From Narcine bancroftii (lineage: Eukaryota), in NCBI RefSeq assembly GCF_036971445.1, contig NC_091475.1:26660001-26724000 (forward strand): 64,000 nt of DNA. The letters are read 5' to 3'. Position 1 is the stretch's first letter. Each line of letters begins with the position of its first letter. The notes under the pieces are model-generated. The model was not told the origin of the DNA and did not search any database. It saw only the letters and a program-made list of their open reading frames with translations. Of this stretch, positions 1 to 12,929 are shown piece by piece. The position numbers and the translations under genes were made by a program.

Positions 1-1632
1 CCACGATGCTGTCTGAGGGATGAACATTGTCTAGAACCTTTCTCATCAGTTCTCGAATCTTAGTAAAAGGTCTCAATCTGAAATGCTATCTAACCTTTTC
101 TACCCACGGATGTTGCCTGGCCCACCAATTCCCTTCTGCTGCTCATTTCTTACTCAAGATTCCTGCATCTGCAGCTTTTGTGTTTTTCAAAGCTTTTCTT
201 CTTCTCTTCAATATAGTGCAACCGTATCATGCATATTAATCTTAGAATGTAGTTTAATTTTCTTTTCAAAAATGGCATCACTGCTAGGTTGAAACTCCCC
301 TAATACTGCAAGAATGGGGATGTTTCTGAGTGGGACTTAATGCTAAGACTTTCTGACTGACAGACGTTACCAACAGAAATAGTGGAGTCCAGACAATTAA
401 GCCACAGCTTTAAAAGGACAAATTAGAGTGCACATTGATCTGGATAAAATCAAATTCCAGGTAATTCTCAAACATGACTCTCTTCTTGGAATGTCTGATT
501 ATTTCTGATGAGATCAAACTTATTTTTAAGATCAATATGCTATTGGCTAAATGGTGCTAATCACGTTAGAGGAATAGTTTTGAGGATAGTGAAGCTTGAA
601 ATACAATCAGTATAGATCAGATGACTTAAAAAGGGACACAGTAAGGATAAATACTTCACTTACTGTGCTGCAGAACAACAGTCTCAACTGAAAATTTCTC
701 CAGCCAGTAACCATGTTAGTCCACAGTCCCAATTTCCAAGTTAATTAAAGGAATCATTTGACATCCTTATGTACACACTTATTCAAATGATATGTTTCAT
801 AATCTCATCATTTCCTTCCTTATTCATGCTGATACATTAGGCTACAAGTCTACACAGCCAATAACAATAGTCTTAACTAAAGTAGCTTTGATGTTGTGAA
901 TCATTTTCAGTATAATTTATGTCAGACAGAAGTTATGGGAAAAGGACTGGAACAAGACATGTTCTGAAGTGCAACATCATGTTGCAGTTTCCAGAGAATT
1001 AGGCATGTTGAAATGTGAGTCAGTGATTCTGACACTGACATAGGGGGAGGGTGTGGGGAAAAGGGGGACGGTCGGGAGAGGATGAGCAGTGTTGTTGATG
1101 GTGAGAGAGGTGCTGCAGAACAGCCAATCTCAACGGGAGCCTTACGCCACCACCCCCACCCACCCCCGGGGCCACAGCACATTTCATTAAAAGTTTTGCT
1201 TTCTTTTCACCTCACATATATAGTTGGTAGGAAAGAAGTAAGGAAGGAACCAAATCATGACTGCTTTACAGGGAAGGTGGTCCATAACTTTGAGCAGAAT
1301 CCTTAGAGGATTCCTGTGGAATGTGAATGGAAGAACTGAAACAGGGGTCTAATCTTATTTGGAGGCAAAATGAGATACTGCAGTGATTAGATTGAAGAAT
1401 TTGGAGGAAATATGATAGAAATTAATTGGTTATATTATATGTTATGTATGTTGGAAATGGGGAGAGTGCAAGGTGATTTACTGGAATAATTTATGAAAGA
1501 CTGGATGATGACTTTGAGTTCTTCACCAGAATTACTATTCTGGTCAAATCTCAATGGATATCACAGACAGATCTGAACTTTTCCACATAAAGGTAAAAGT
1601 TCCATTATTGTCATGTAATACTACATTTGGAA

Positions 1633-2715
1633 CAGTGCTTCTCAACCTTTCCCTAGGCCCATTTTAATTTTTCAAAAAACGTACGCACCACCATTAGCAG
1701 AAAAAAGTTAGATAATCAAAATAAGTTTTAATTAAATCATTTACTGCAAGTGTATTTCAATGCAATTAAGGTCAGGAATACACTGGAATGAAGACATATT
1801 TCATATTCAACTACTACTTCAATATGTCAACCATCTCAAACACATATTCAACAATTGTCGCTTCAGTGGGAACTTTGCCCCTGACGCTAGCTGCAGATTT
1901 TTTTGATTCAAGGGACTAATTTTGTTAGTTTCAACCTTAAATCTACACATTTTGTAATTTCCAGTCGGGTTTTCTTAGCTTGTATCAAATCACTAACAGC
2001 TCTGAAGCCACATTCTACTAAATAAGATGATGGAAAATATATCAATACTTCCCTTGCTAAAGTAGTCGAGTTTGGATATTTCTTTTCAATCTCGTTAAGA
2101 CAGCCTCATCATGGTTCCTTTCACTTTGAACAGAGTTTTCACAGATTCATCATGTTGCAACTCAGATAACTCCTCTTGGTATTGCACTGGAATTTCAGAT
2201 AAATCCACCAGCAATGAATGAGTTAACCAAGAGGGAAAATCCATTGCCCTTAAATCACAAAATCTATCATTGAAGTCGGAAACCAAAATTTTCAAATGGT
2301 CAACAATGACCATTGTTGCAGCATTAGTTACCTCACATTTATTCAACCAATAGAATTGACTGAAATTTCTTGTTGAGATCACTTGGAATCCTCGTGGCCA
2401 ATGAGATAATTTGGAATGAATGATAATAAGACCGGTCATAAAATATTTAATTATCATGTTAACCAAGGATAAGAACAGTGAAAATAAGAGAAACAACAGA
2501 GAAACATGGGAAGAGCAAAAACACGTTATGAAAATAAAAAGAACAAAGTATGGTACTGACAGTTGCCAAGTCACATCTTTCACACCAACCTAACAAGTTT
2601 ATTTTTTCAAACCAACTTTTTAAATATTCCCCAAAATATTCCTACGCCCCACTAAAATATTCTTAAGCCCCACGCCCCACCAAAATATTTCCATGCCCCA
2701 CCTTGAGAATCTATG
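1633..2715 (-). mobile_element. hAT (Charlie/Buster-type) DNA transposon, internally deleted, with transposase C-terminal remnant
   Basis: TIR-like ends CAGTGCTTCTCAACC / CCTTGAGAATCTATG and a degenerate 8-bp TSD (ATTTGGAA / ATTTAGAT). Minus-strand peptide ...FNDRFCDL...QEELSELQHDE...KYPN...FPSSYLVECGF resembles the hAT dimerisation region. Confidence 0.8.
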
Positions 2716-3893
2716 ATTTAGATTGTAACATACATGAAATTCTTTAACTTTGTCTACCATAAGGAAGACAGAGTCTCCATTTTGACCAGCGTCCCTCACA
2801 GAATGAGGCCCCAGTGAGGGACTAACTCTCGACCCCTCAAACTTGCTATAGTTCCACTGCCACAAACAATGGTAAATGGAATTGGATTGTGAAAGACAAT
2901 TGAGCAAAAATCCTTGTTTTCAGAATGTTATGACCTGCTCCCTCTTTTGGAAACATGTTTAATTACATCTTAGATTGACTGCCAAAGTGGCATTTTTGCT
3001 CTCCATTCAAGTAACTGAGAATCAGACTACTTTTTCACTACATTACAAATTTAAGATGACCTTATTGCTCTGGATGTAGCGTTCATAGATAGATTGTCTC
3101 ATGAGGGCTTGAGAGAATGATGCAGCAGATAAAATAACAAATTATTCTTAACCTGTTGGGGCAGTAATGTCAAGATGGGAATCGGAGTTCTGGAGTTCAG
3201 GATCACCTTCAGAATCTAGGCTGCTCCAACTTCTGGTCCCTGTCAGGCAGAGACAGTAATAATAATGTAACCCTGAATTAGTGCTGAGTCTGATTTGTCC
3301 TGCCCAATGTCTACAACTCATCCATTATTGCACAGATTGTCTTTTGGTCTTTAATCAGATCCATCATGATCACAACCTCCTACTATCCTGTTAAAAGTCA
3401 CAATTGATCTTGTTACTCCCTGTTTCCTAGTAATAGTTTGCCACATCTATCCTGTTAACTGTCGCCACTTTCCTGAGCTTCATACCTTTCAACATGTTAG
3501 GAATATGCTTTCTGATGGTGTTAGGACAAATTATGTGACTTCTCTACCAGAGCAGCTCTAAATCAAGCATTTACATGTAGTGATTTTGGACCATTGTTTT
3601 AGATTCATATTTAATAAAGCTGATTTATAGTTTATATTGCTGGTTGCAGACTTTGGTAGAGTATTTCATTTGCTATTCTAAGAGCAAAATTCAATTCTGC
3701 AAGATAATGTGCATTTCTGTTAAATCTCTATAATGCATTACCAAATATTCTCCACATAGAAATCCACTGCAGCAAAGAAGGGCTCAATTATGGGAATAGT
3801 CTTTAGCAATTGAGATCTAAAACAGATTAGAGACCAGGTACACACCTTCTAATGTAACAATAGGAAGGTTGCTCACCTAAAACAAACAGCAAT

Positions 3894-4992
3894 TCAGAAT
3901 CAAAATCAGAATTTATTGTCATGAACAAGTAATGAAATTCGTTGTTTTACAGCAGCGTCATGGAGCAAACATTCATATTATAACCATCTTACAACATGAC
4001 TATAAGAAATTAAAAATAATAGGGCATGAAAAGTAAGGCAGTCCCTTTGGTTCATTGATTATTCAGGAATCTGATGACCATGGGGAAGAAGCTGTCCTTG
4101 TGCCGTTAAGTGCTCATCTTTAGGCTCCTGTACCTTTTTCCCGATGGTAGCAGAGTGAAGAGGGCACAGCCTGGATGCTGGTGGTGGGGGTCTTTGAGGA
4201 TACAGGCTGCTTTTTTAAGACACTGCTTCTTTCTTTTTTTAAAATTTTTTATTTTTCACACCATAAATCACATTAGCCATGATATACACTATTTCTTTTT
4301 CACACATATACAGTGACTTTAAGACACTGCTTCATTTAGATGCCCTTGATAGAGTGAAGTCTGGTGCCTGTGATGTCGCAGATCAAGTTAACAACCCTCT
4401 GGAGTTTATTCTTGTCCTGAGAGTTGGTGCCTCCATACCAGGCAGCAATGCAGCCAGCCGGAATGTTCTCCACGGTACACCTGTAGAAGTTTACAAGAGT
4501 CTTCAGTGACTTACTGAATGTCGTCAGACACCTCACTAAGTATAGCTGCTGATGAGCTTTCTTTGTGATCGCATCAACATGGAAGCTACAGGACGGATCC
4601 TCGGAGATGTTGACACCCAGGAATTTGAAGTTCTTGACCCTCTCCACAACTGAGCCATTGTTGAGGACTGGACCGTGTTACCTTGACTTCCTCCTAAAGT
4701 CCAAAATCATTAACTTGGTTTTGATGACGTTGAGCTCAAGGTTGTTGTTGTTACACCATTCAGCGAGCTGATCCATCTCCCTCCTGTACGCTTCCTCATT
4801 ACCGTTTGTGATTCTGCCAACAACTGTGGTATCATCGGCAAACTTGTAGATAGCATTGGAATTGTGTCTGGCCACAATGGGCTAAGCATGCATCTTTGGG
4901 GTGTGCCTGTATTGATGATCAGTGAGGAAACGTTTTCAATTCATACTGACTGTGGTCTTCCAATGAGAAAGTCAAGGATACAGTTGCAAAGG
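3894..4992 (-). mobile_element. Rex1/Babar-type LINE, 3' part, decayed
   Basis: Peptides KFADDTTVVGRIT...LAEWCNNNNLELNVIKTK and MERVKNFKFLGVNISED. 3' tail gacaataaattctgattttgattctga. Confidence 0.85.
4230..4317 (-). mobile_element. 88-bp 3' end of the L1 family at 14426-16856, inserted into the Rex1 element
   Basis: Matches 14437-14517 (ttttcacaccataaatcacattagccatgatatacact...). A-rich tail. TSD TTTAAGACACTGCTTC at 4214-4229 and 4318-4333. Confidence 0.9.
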
Positions 4993-5629
4993 GTTCTTAT
5001 TCAAAGTTGCTTCATTAAGTTTCAATACACATGTGAAATGCAGACAAACATTGCAACCATTTTCACAGGAGGGAATTAAACATGCTTATATTGGTTAGTA
5101 TTCAGGAAACCCTTTCAACTTCAAATGTTATTGTCTTTAATTTTCACTGAAATAGTTTGATTAAACCTGTATTAATATCCTTCAATGCCTTTGACTGATG
5201 GTGCTAAGTATTCTCTCTGTACTGTAATGGATCACTAATCTAGATTATATGCTCAAATTTGGTTTGGATTTGAACCTACAATCCTTCAGTGTCAGAAGAA
5301 TGACTAAGGTTAGGAAGCTTCTCCTAAAACAGCTCTTGTACCATGCCTTTATTATACATACTGCTGCCTTCTACACTTTGCCTCATGAAGTGATCGCCTT
5401 AGCTTATCTCCATGTAGTCAGATCAAAGAATCTCACAAGAATTCATGGAAACAGACTGGGGGCAGTAGGTCGACTGGGTGTAATTTGGTGGTATGGGGAC
5501 TGTGGTGTTATACCACCAGCCTACTGCAGGGGGCAACATCTGTACCTGCAGGAGTTCATTTCCCAAAAAGGCCATGGAGGCTCAGATGCTGACGTGATTC
5601 AAAATACAGACAGGCACCCAGAAGTTCTG

Positions 5630-6095
5630 CCTTTGATGAGGGGCTCAAGCCCGAAACATTGCTTCTGTATTTTTATCTTTGCTATATAAAGTGCACTGTG
5701 GCCCACTGGCCACCTGCCACATTGACCACCGCCAGTGGGCTGATAACGCCTCAAACCGTGCATCTTGGCGCCTCACAGTTTGGCGGGCAGCAGCCTCCTT
5801 TGAAGAAGACCGCAGAGCCCACCTCACTGACAAAAGGCAAAGGAGGAAAAACCCAACACCCAACCCCAACCAACCAATTTTCCCTTGCAACCGCTGCAAT
5901 CGTGTCTGCCTGTCCCGCATCGGACTGGTCAGCCACAAACGAGCCTGCAGCTGACGTGGACTTTTTACCCCCTCCATAAATCTTCGTCCGCGAAGCCAAG
6001 CCAAAGAAAGATAAAGTGCACTATTTGACCTGGTGAGTTTCTCCAACATTGTATTTTTACTTTAATCATGGTGTCTGCAGACGTTCGTGTTTTAT
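5630..6095 (+). repeat. Penelope-derived short repeat with hammerhead-like core, interrupted by an RTE insertion
   Basis: TTGATGAGGGGCTCAAGCCCGAAAC...gacctggtgagtttctcc. The same family occurs at about 95-188, 8055-8165(-), 23700-23910, 28410-28580, 36385-36490, 41570-41660 and 55545-55610(-), and at the end of the Penelope remnant near 26935. Confidence 0.65.
5698..6010 (+). mobile_element. RTE-clade LINE 3' fragment
   Basis: Encodes CHIDHRQWADNASNRASWR...FPCNRCNRVCLSRIGLVSHKRAC. TSD ATAAAGTGCACT at 5686-5697 and 6011-6022. Same family as 29144-30760. Confidence 0.9.
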
Positions 6096-7057
6096 TACCG
6101 AAAGACATAAAGCTGTTATGGAAGTAGAAGGCAAGTGGCAGAGATAGGAATAGTGGCAAAGTATTCGCTGGCTGATGCAGCAGACATTCAATTGAAAATT
6201 ATTCAATAAAACTGCAGTAAATTAATTAAAACATCAATATTAATTAAAATAAAGTTAATGAACATTAAAAATTCATTTTAATGCAGGTTTGCAGCCCCAT
6301 TCAAGTGATTGGAGCCAAGATAGATACACCAGCTTAATTAAATCCAGTCTGACAGTTCAGGTTATTTCTCAAGAACAGGAATTTATCTGACCTCCAGCGC
6401 ATCAGGAATTGTGTGTTGCAGTGCACAAGTGGGCAAGTCTGGAACATGTGGACTTCTCCATTCTCCATGGACCTGCTGTCTCAGCATGACTGGTCTAGTA
6501 AAATGCCAAGAATGTGACAGAGACTTCACCAAAATATCTTAATTGCAACCTAGGATTCCTCTTTAAATCTATTGTCAATACAATTAATAGGGTTTCTTTT
6601 CGTCACCCAGCAGAACCACCTACATGACAGCTTGTGTGCTTAATTAAAAGATACTTCCTGCAGAAGTCTTCGTGATCTTATGAATATGAATTAATTATCA
6701 ACAGGAGCATTTAAACTTGATTGAAAATTAAAGTACTACTCTGGAAGTAAGAGACAATTAATCTCTGACCCACCTCCAAGAACCGATGTACTGCCAGATT
6801 GACTTGTTACATTGAGCAAGAAAAATTCTTTTCGAGGCTGCTCATTCCCTGGAGAATATTCACAAATAATTACATCATTGACCACATTTTAAAGGTAATG
6901 TTGCATTTATACAGTATCCAAGGAGGAAGTGCTACCACACTTTAAAAGGTAGGGTGAAGTGGGCGTTTCATTCATTTTACAGCCAAATTTAAAAAAGTAG
7001 TTCATACTTCTGCTGTCAAATTTGTGGGGATCGTTCTTTAGACAATATTTTTAGTGG

Positions 7058-7275
7058 GTGGCACGGTTAGTATTGGGCTGCGGCAAATTGATGACAGCAC
7101 TAGTGATCCAGGTTCAAATCTGGCGTTGACTTTAAGGGATTTTTATGTTCTTCCCCGTGACCTACCTGTGTTTTCTCCAGGTGCCCCAGTTTCCTCCCAC
7201 CTTCCAAAAAAAAATGTATGGAAATGGTAGGTTAATTGTAATTAGGCAGCAATGGTTTCAAAGACTGGAATCATC
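7058..7275 (+). mobile_element. tRNA-derived V-SINE (HE1-like)
   Basis: GGTGGCACGGTTAG A-box-like and GGTTCAAATC B-box-like motifs, plus the V-core ttctccccgtg...ctccaggtgccccagtttcctccca. Confidence 0.7.
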
Positions 7276-8264
7276 TTCCACCCTATTGTCAAAATTTTAA
7301 AAATATAAATTAGTAATTAACCTACCATCCCCATACATTTTTTTTGGAAAGTGGGAGGAAACTGGGGTTTATATTGGGGTAGGTGAGGGTGGAGCCGGGG
7401 GAGGAGCCAGCCATCTGAACAACACATCGACAAGTGAATTCCAGTTCACTGCACACAGGTTGGATGCTGCCCAGGTACAGCAGACTTTGAGCCACTTCCA
7501 TTCAATGTTCCTCACCCAGCAATGAATGGCAAACAAGATCTTCAACATAGCCTACAATAGCTCCAAATCTCGGTCCAAGATAGACTCAGACTAACTTCTT
7601 ACTCTCAGCTGCCTAAAGAGTGCAAAAAAAAGCAAAAAAAAGTTTAATGTCAAATCAAATAAGGATATATCATAATGCGAATGAAAATCATCCAGGATAT
7701 TGAGCAACTGGAAAGATAAATGATCTCATTGCTCATTGGCTACAATGCTGAAGGCTTCGATACGGAGCATTGTCCTTTGAACATGGCACTTGAAAGTGAA
7801 AATGGATTTGTTTACACCGTAAATAGAGAAGTGGGTGTTGCTTTGTCATGCCGGATGAAATGCTGATTCCTAACAGTTAGCAAAGAGATGCCCTTCTTTC
7901 CTATCTTCACATTAACAATGAAGATTTTCAAAGGGATAATACAAGGAGATCAGTTTCAATCCACCTGCTGTTTTCTTTTTATGCCCTGTTGATATAACTC
8001 AGGTTGCCACTTGCTGCAGGGTTTCACTTGCTGGGGTTAGTTGTAAGAAGTAACACACGAAAGTCTGTAGGCTCCATGGTTGAAGTAAAAATACAATGCT
8101 GGAGAAAGCACTTCCTGTTAGCAAGATACATACCAGTGTTTCAGGCTTGAGCCCTTCATCAAGGGCTGGTTGTAATTTTGGAAGTGGGTGTTTGTGGGAT
8201 TGGATGAGGTGGAGGGCTGGGGGTATGTGTGAAGGCAGTAATTTTTTGAATGATATTCCTGAAA

Positions 8265-8415
8265 TTCCAACCCACCAATTTTCCCCTGCAACCACTGCAA
8301 CCGTGTCTGCCTGTCCCGCATCGGACTTGTCAGCCACAAACGAGCCTGCAGCTGACGTGGACATTACCCCTCCATAAATCTTCGTCTGCGAAGCCAAGCC
8401 AAACAAAGAGAGAAG
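8265..8415 (+). mobile_element. RTE LINE 3' fragment
   Basis: Matches the RTE 3' end (gcgaagccaagccaaa). TSD ATTCCTGAAA at 8255-8264 and 8416-8425. Confidence 0.88.
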
Positions 8416-8583
8416 ATTCCTGAAAGGCATCATTGCCATGAATTAAGCAATATTATCTTTAGGGTATGGTTGACAAGCTGATTCTTCTGAAGCTTTCCGA
8501 TGCTTTTAAAAAAAAATACACAATTTTCTGGTTTATGTTCAAGTGCAGTTGATTATGTTTTCACTGCAGTGTATCATCTATAT

Positions 8584-8694
8584 CGTGTCTGCCTGTCCCG
8601 CATCGGACTGGTCAGCCACAAACGAGCCTGCAGCTGACGTGGACTTTTTACCCCCTCCATAAATCTTCGTCCGCGAAGCCAAGCCAAAGAAAAG
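8584..8694 (+). mobile_element. RTE LINE 3' fragment
   Basis: Matches the RTE 3' end. TSD ATCATCTATAT at 8573-8583 and 8695-8705. Confidence 0.9.
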
Positions 8695-9164
8695 ATCATC
8701 TATATTTCTATGTGCTTCATGGTTTGCTTCTGGAGTCTGAGAGCCAGGCATGGACAAAAAGAGATGTGATTCGCGTCCTGGATAATGTGAACTTAACTCA
8801 TTACAATTATGAATGGATGTAGGACATTACAATTTTTCATTTGCAAAAAAAAAAATCTATTTGACCCAAATCTAAGTATTCAACTGAATTTCATACAATT
8901 ATTATTGAGTACTTCAGAATATTTCATAAATGGACCTGATGTGTTATGGGCGAAATTCATAGATTTCTGTCTTATAAATCAGAATTCTGAACCTGACCAC
9001 TGGACCCAGCAAAATCCGGAAAAAAATTTCAAAGGACAGATCTCTCCACTCCTGGCTATTTAGACAAGAGTCCAGAAGCACTTTATTTGTCTGCCTTTAC
9101 ACATCAGAAGGGTAGAAATGGAGAAAAAATAGAAGTCCTTTGTTTTAAATAATTACTTTTTGAA

Positions 9165-10150
9165 TGTTCAAATTCAAAGTTCATATTAATAGTCAGACTA
9201 CAGACAAGACATCACATGCAACCCTGAGATTCCTTTTCCCGAGTGCCAGACGGAATTTCTACTTGTTGGTAACTATAAACTGAAGTCAAGAAGAAGGATA
9301 TGTGTACAAAAGAGAGATGTAAATTCAGAAAGAGGTGAACAAAGTGACTGTGCAATACAGAAAAACAAACTCAGTAATAAATAATGTGCAAAATAAGAGT
9401 CCTTAAATGAGTCTCTCACTTAATCAGCCAAGTTTTCAATCTCCCCGCTGTAAGATGACTCATCAACTCTTTTTAATGGCATTCTACGGTGAATTTGTAG
9501 TGGTATTATTGTCGTATAAAGCCACACAGTCATAGCTGTAAAGCAAGTATAACTGGAGGCTAAGTACACAACCCTGTCTTACTCCGGAGCTGATGGAGAT
9601 TGTGGAGTTCTCTTGCCAATCTGCATAGATTGGGGTCTGGAGGTGAAGAAATGCAGGATTCAGTTACACAGTGAGGTATGGAGGCCAGGTTTTGCAGTTT
9701 GCTGGTTAGTTTTGAGGGGGTGATGGTGTTGAATACCAAACTGTAGTCAATAAAGAGCACCCTGATGTCTGCATCTTTGCTGTTCAGGTGTTCCAGTGTT
9801 TTGAGTGGAACCAGCAAGATGGCATCTGCCTTAGACCTGTTGATGTGGTAGGCAAATTGGAATGGATCCATATCACCACTCACACTGGAATTCATATGTT
9901 TCAACACCAACCTCTCAAAACACCATCACTTTGGATGTGAGTGCTACTTGTTGGTGGTCATTTTGGCAGATTACCACTCTTTTCTTGGACTCCAGTACGA
10001 TTGAGGGTGGGTACCACATTCTTGTTGGAGCGAGATGTTGAAGATATCTGTGAATACACTGGCAAATTGGTTTTCAGTATTCAGCTGGTACTCGCCTGGA
10101 TTAGATGCTTTCTTTGGATGCACTCTCATGCACATCATCTTCAGATACTG
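9165..10150 (-). mobile_element. Older Rex1/Babar-type LINE remnant
   Basis: Peptides MDPFQFAY...ADAI...LEHL...VLFIDYSLVFNTITPSKL and VFTDIFNISLQ (RT N-terminal region). Confidence 0.75.
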
Positions 10151-11543
10151 ACAGTTAAGGTTCATCAAGGAGTGTGGGGGTGCAGAGTGGTTTTTCCTTG
10201 TTCTGGTGGTCAAATCAGGTCTAGAAAACTGCATTCATTTGAGAGTGAAGGTTTGGTGCCTTCTGTTGCATTGGATTTTGATTTGTTGCCGGTTAGGTCA
10301 TTTGGACCCTTGCCATAACTGTCAGGAGTCCTTCGTTGTTAAATAAATTATATTTTGTTTCCTTGTGATCTTTTCTCTCCTGCTGGTAGTTGTCACACAG
10401 CTGTCCTCTGCTCTCTCTCAGCCTAAAGGCTATTATTCATGTTGAATCTTGTTCCCAGCTTGTCAGCAGTTCTTTCAGCTGTGGCGGGGTTACTAGAGCA
10501 GAGCCAACTCCTGCCCTCACCTAGTGCCTAAAAGTAAAGTCACTTGCTAACAATCAGGATCAGGCACTCTACTTAATTCACCCACCACTCCTCTGCATGC
10601 CCAAGCCTAACTGAGTGGGCCTGAGACTGAGACCAAATGTACTTTGATGTGATTAGCTATCAACAGAGCCAATCATAGCTTAATGTCCTCAACCATCCAC
10701 TGTACAAATGGTGACAACTCATTTAAATATTTATGGCCGTGGAAATCACAAACACATTCTTGGATATTAGCAATTAATACTTGTATGCAAAAATATATTA
10801 GATATGCTTTTCATTCCACTGACACTGAATTCATAAGACCCTATGACAGGATAGTTATTTCATTTTTTAAAAAGTGGAAAGTATCTGCTTCAAGTGTTGT
10901 AAATAAAGACCAGCACCCACAATAATGGATGTAGCTTATAAAGGGCCAATTCAGATAACAACTTTTCAAAATAGCAGTTATATTCCTTTTTGATCTCTTG
11001 GGAAGTCCACTGGAGATAATGCTAATTCACTTGCTCACTGAGTAGCAAGTAAAAGAAATGGTTTGCCTACACTGTTAGTCACTCATACCATTACTTTACA
11101 AGGCACTAAATGTCACAGGTCTGGCACAAGCTGTTCTTTACTTGTTTACAGCTGAACATCTTTAGATCAACTGGGCAAATGTTATTTCTTGACACTTCTC
11201 AGATGAATCAAAGAAAATCCATTTATAATTACAGTTGGAACAATCATAAGTTCTACAATTAACTCTGGATGAAAGTCTACCTCCCCTTACACAATTATTT
11301 TTCTGTCTCGAGGCAGGAAATTCTATATCGTGCAGGTAGACATACATTGTCGGCAAGCAGTACTGACCACAAGTTACATTCACTTCCTGAATTTTCTACA
11401 ACCATTTTTGGCATCACGTGTGGTTTTTTGGTAAAGTAACATGAACTTAATTTTGTAATGGTGCAGGTTTAATATGTGAAGTCTGAAGGGGAAAAATAGG
11501 CAAACAAATCTCTATTTTTAATCAAACATAAGAAATATTGAGC

Positions 11544-11897
11544 GGTTAAGAAATAATATTGAAATATTCGAACAAGTATAGGAGCCTTACATTAAATACA
11601 ATAGCGAAAACCTACCGGGGACAAACATTACCTAAGTTGATGGAAGGAGAAGGAAAGAAAAGAATGGACTCAGTAGAATTTCTGGTGTATTTTTGTTGAA
11701 TGACAACATTGTCTGACTGGCTTAATGCAACCTAGATTGTATACCTAAAATGGATGAGAGGGGGGGGTGGGGGGGGTGGCTTGGGAGGGGGGGGGGTGGG
11801 GGAGAAAAAGTCACTGTATATGTGTGAAAAAGAAATAGTGTATATCATGGCTAATGTGATTTATGGTGTGAAAAATAAAAAATTTTAAAAAAAAGAA
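11544..11897 (+). mobile_element. 5'-truncated copy of the ORF1-only L1 family
   Basis: Near-identical to the reverse complement of 14430-14780. AATAAA plus A-rich tail. TSD AAGAAATATTGAGC at 11530-11543 and 11898-11911. Confidence 0.92.
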
Positions 11898-12009
11898 AAG
11901 AAATATTGAGCCATACTTTCCACTTTTGTTATAATTGTGTCAGACTGCAGCCAGAAAGTAGCCACAAACCATTCACACATTTACAGCTACATAATTTTAT
12001 AAGATAATT

Positions 12010-12267
12010 AAGATTTGCCGACGATACCACAGTAGGGGGTTGTATAAAGGAAGGGGATGGGTCAACACACAGGATGGAGATTGAAAACTGGGCTGAATGG
12101 TGCACCAACAAGAACCTTGTACTCAATGTCACCAAAACTAAGGAGCCACCAGAAACCCTGGCAAATTTCTAGAGGTATGGTGGAAAATGTGCTGATCGAC
12201 TGCATCACGGTCTGGTATAAAAACACCAATACCCCTGAGCATAAAGCCCTCAAAAAGGAAGTGGACA
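12010..12267 (+). mobile_element. Rex1/Babar LINE fragment
   Basis: Peptides FADDTTVGGCI, AEWCTNKNLVLNVTKTKE and VENVLIDCITVWY. Confidence 0.7.
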
Positions 12268-12915
12268 AAATAGTAAGTACAGAAAAAGAACTAGCAACAA
12301 GGGAAGTTACAACAAAAATAAGAGAATTGGCGGACAAAAAAATAAAATACGAAACATTACAAACGTATAAGGTGGAGAAGAACATAATGAAAATAAAGCA
12401 GAAGTACTACGAGCTAGGGGAAAAAATGCACAAAATATTAGCCTGGCAACTTAAAACAGAACAAGCTAAAAGAACTGTATTGGCATCAAGGAAAAAGGAC
12501 AAACAAATTACATATAACCCAACCGAGATCAATGAAAACTTTAAGGAATTCTATGAACAATTATACTGAACTGAGAACGAAGGGAAAGAAGACAAAATAG
12601 ATGAGTTTTTAGCTAAAACTGAACTACAGAAATTGCAAGAAGAGGAGCAAAACAAATTGATAAAACCATTTGAAATAGAGGAAATACAGGATATATTAAA
12701 AAAGCTGCTGAACAATAAAACGCCTGGAGAGGATGGACTCCCAATAGAATTCTATAAAACATTTAAAGAGTTATTAATTCCTCCTCTCCTGGAAGTAATG
12801 AACCAGATAGAAGAAACACAAAACTTGCCAGATTCATGTAAAACAGCAATAATTACAGTAATATCAAAGATGGGGAAAGATCCACTAACACCAGCATCGT
12901 ATAGACCAATATCTT
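12268..12915 (+). mobile_element. L1 ORF2 internal fragment (linker to start of RT), with a premature stop
   Basis: Peptide YYELGEK...LAWQLK...FKEFYEQLY*...KTPGEDGLPIEFYKTF...SYRPIS, typical fish-type L1 ORF2. Confidence 0.88.
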
Positions 12916-12929
12916 AGCAATATGTTAAT

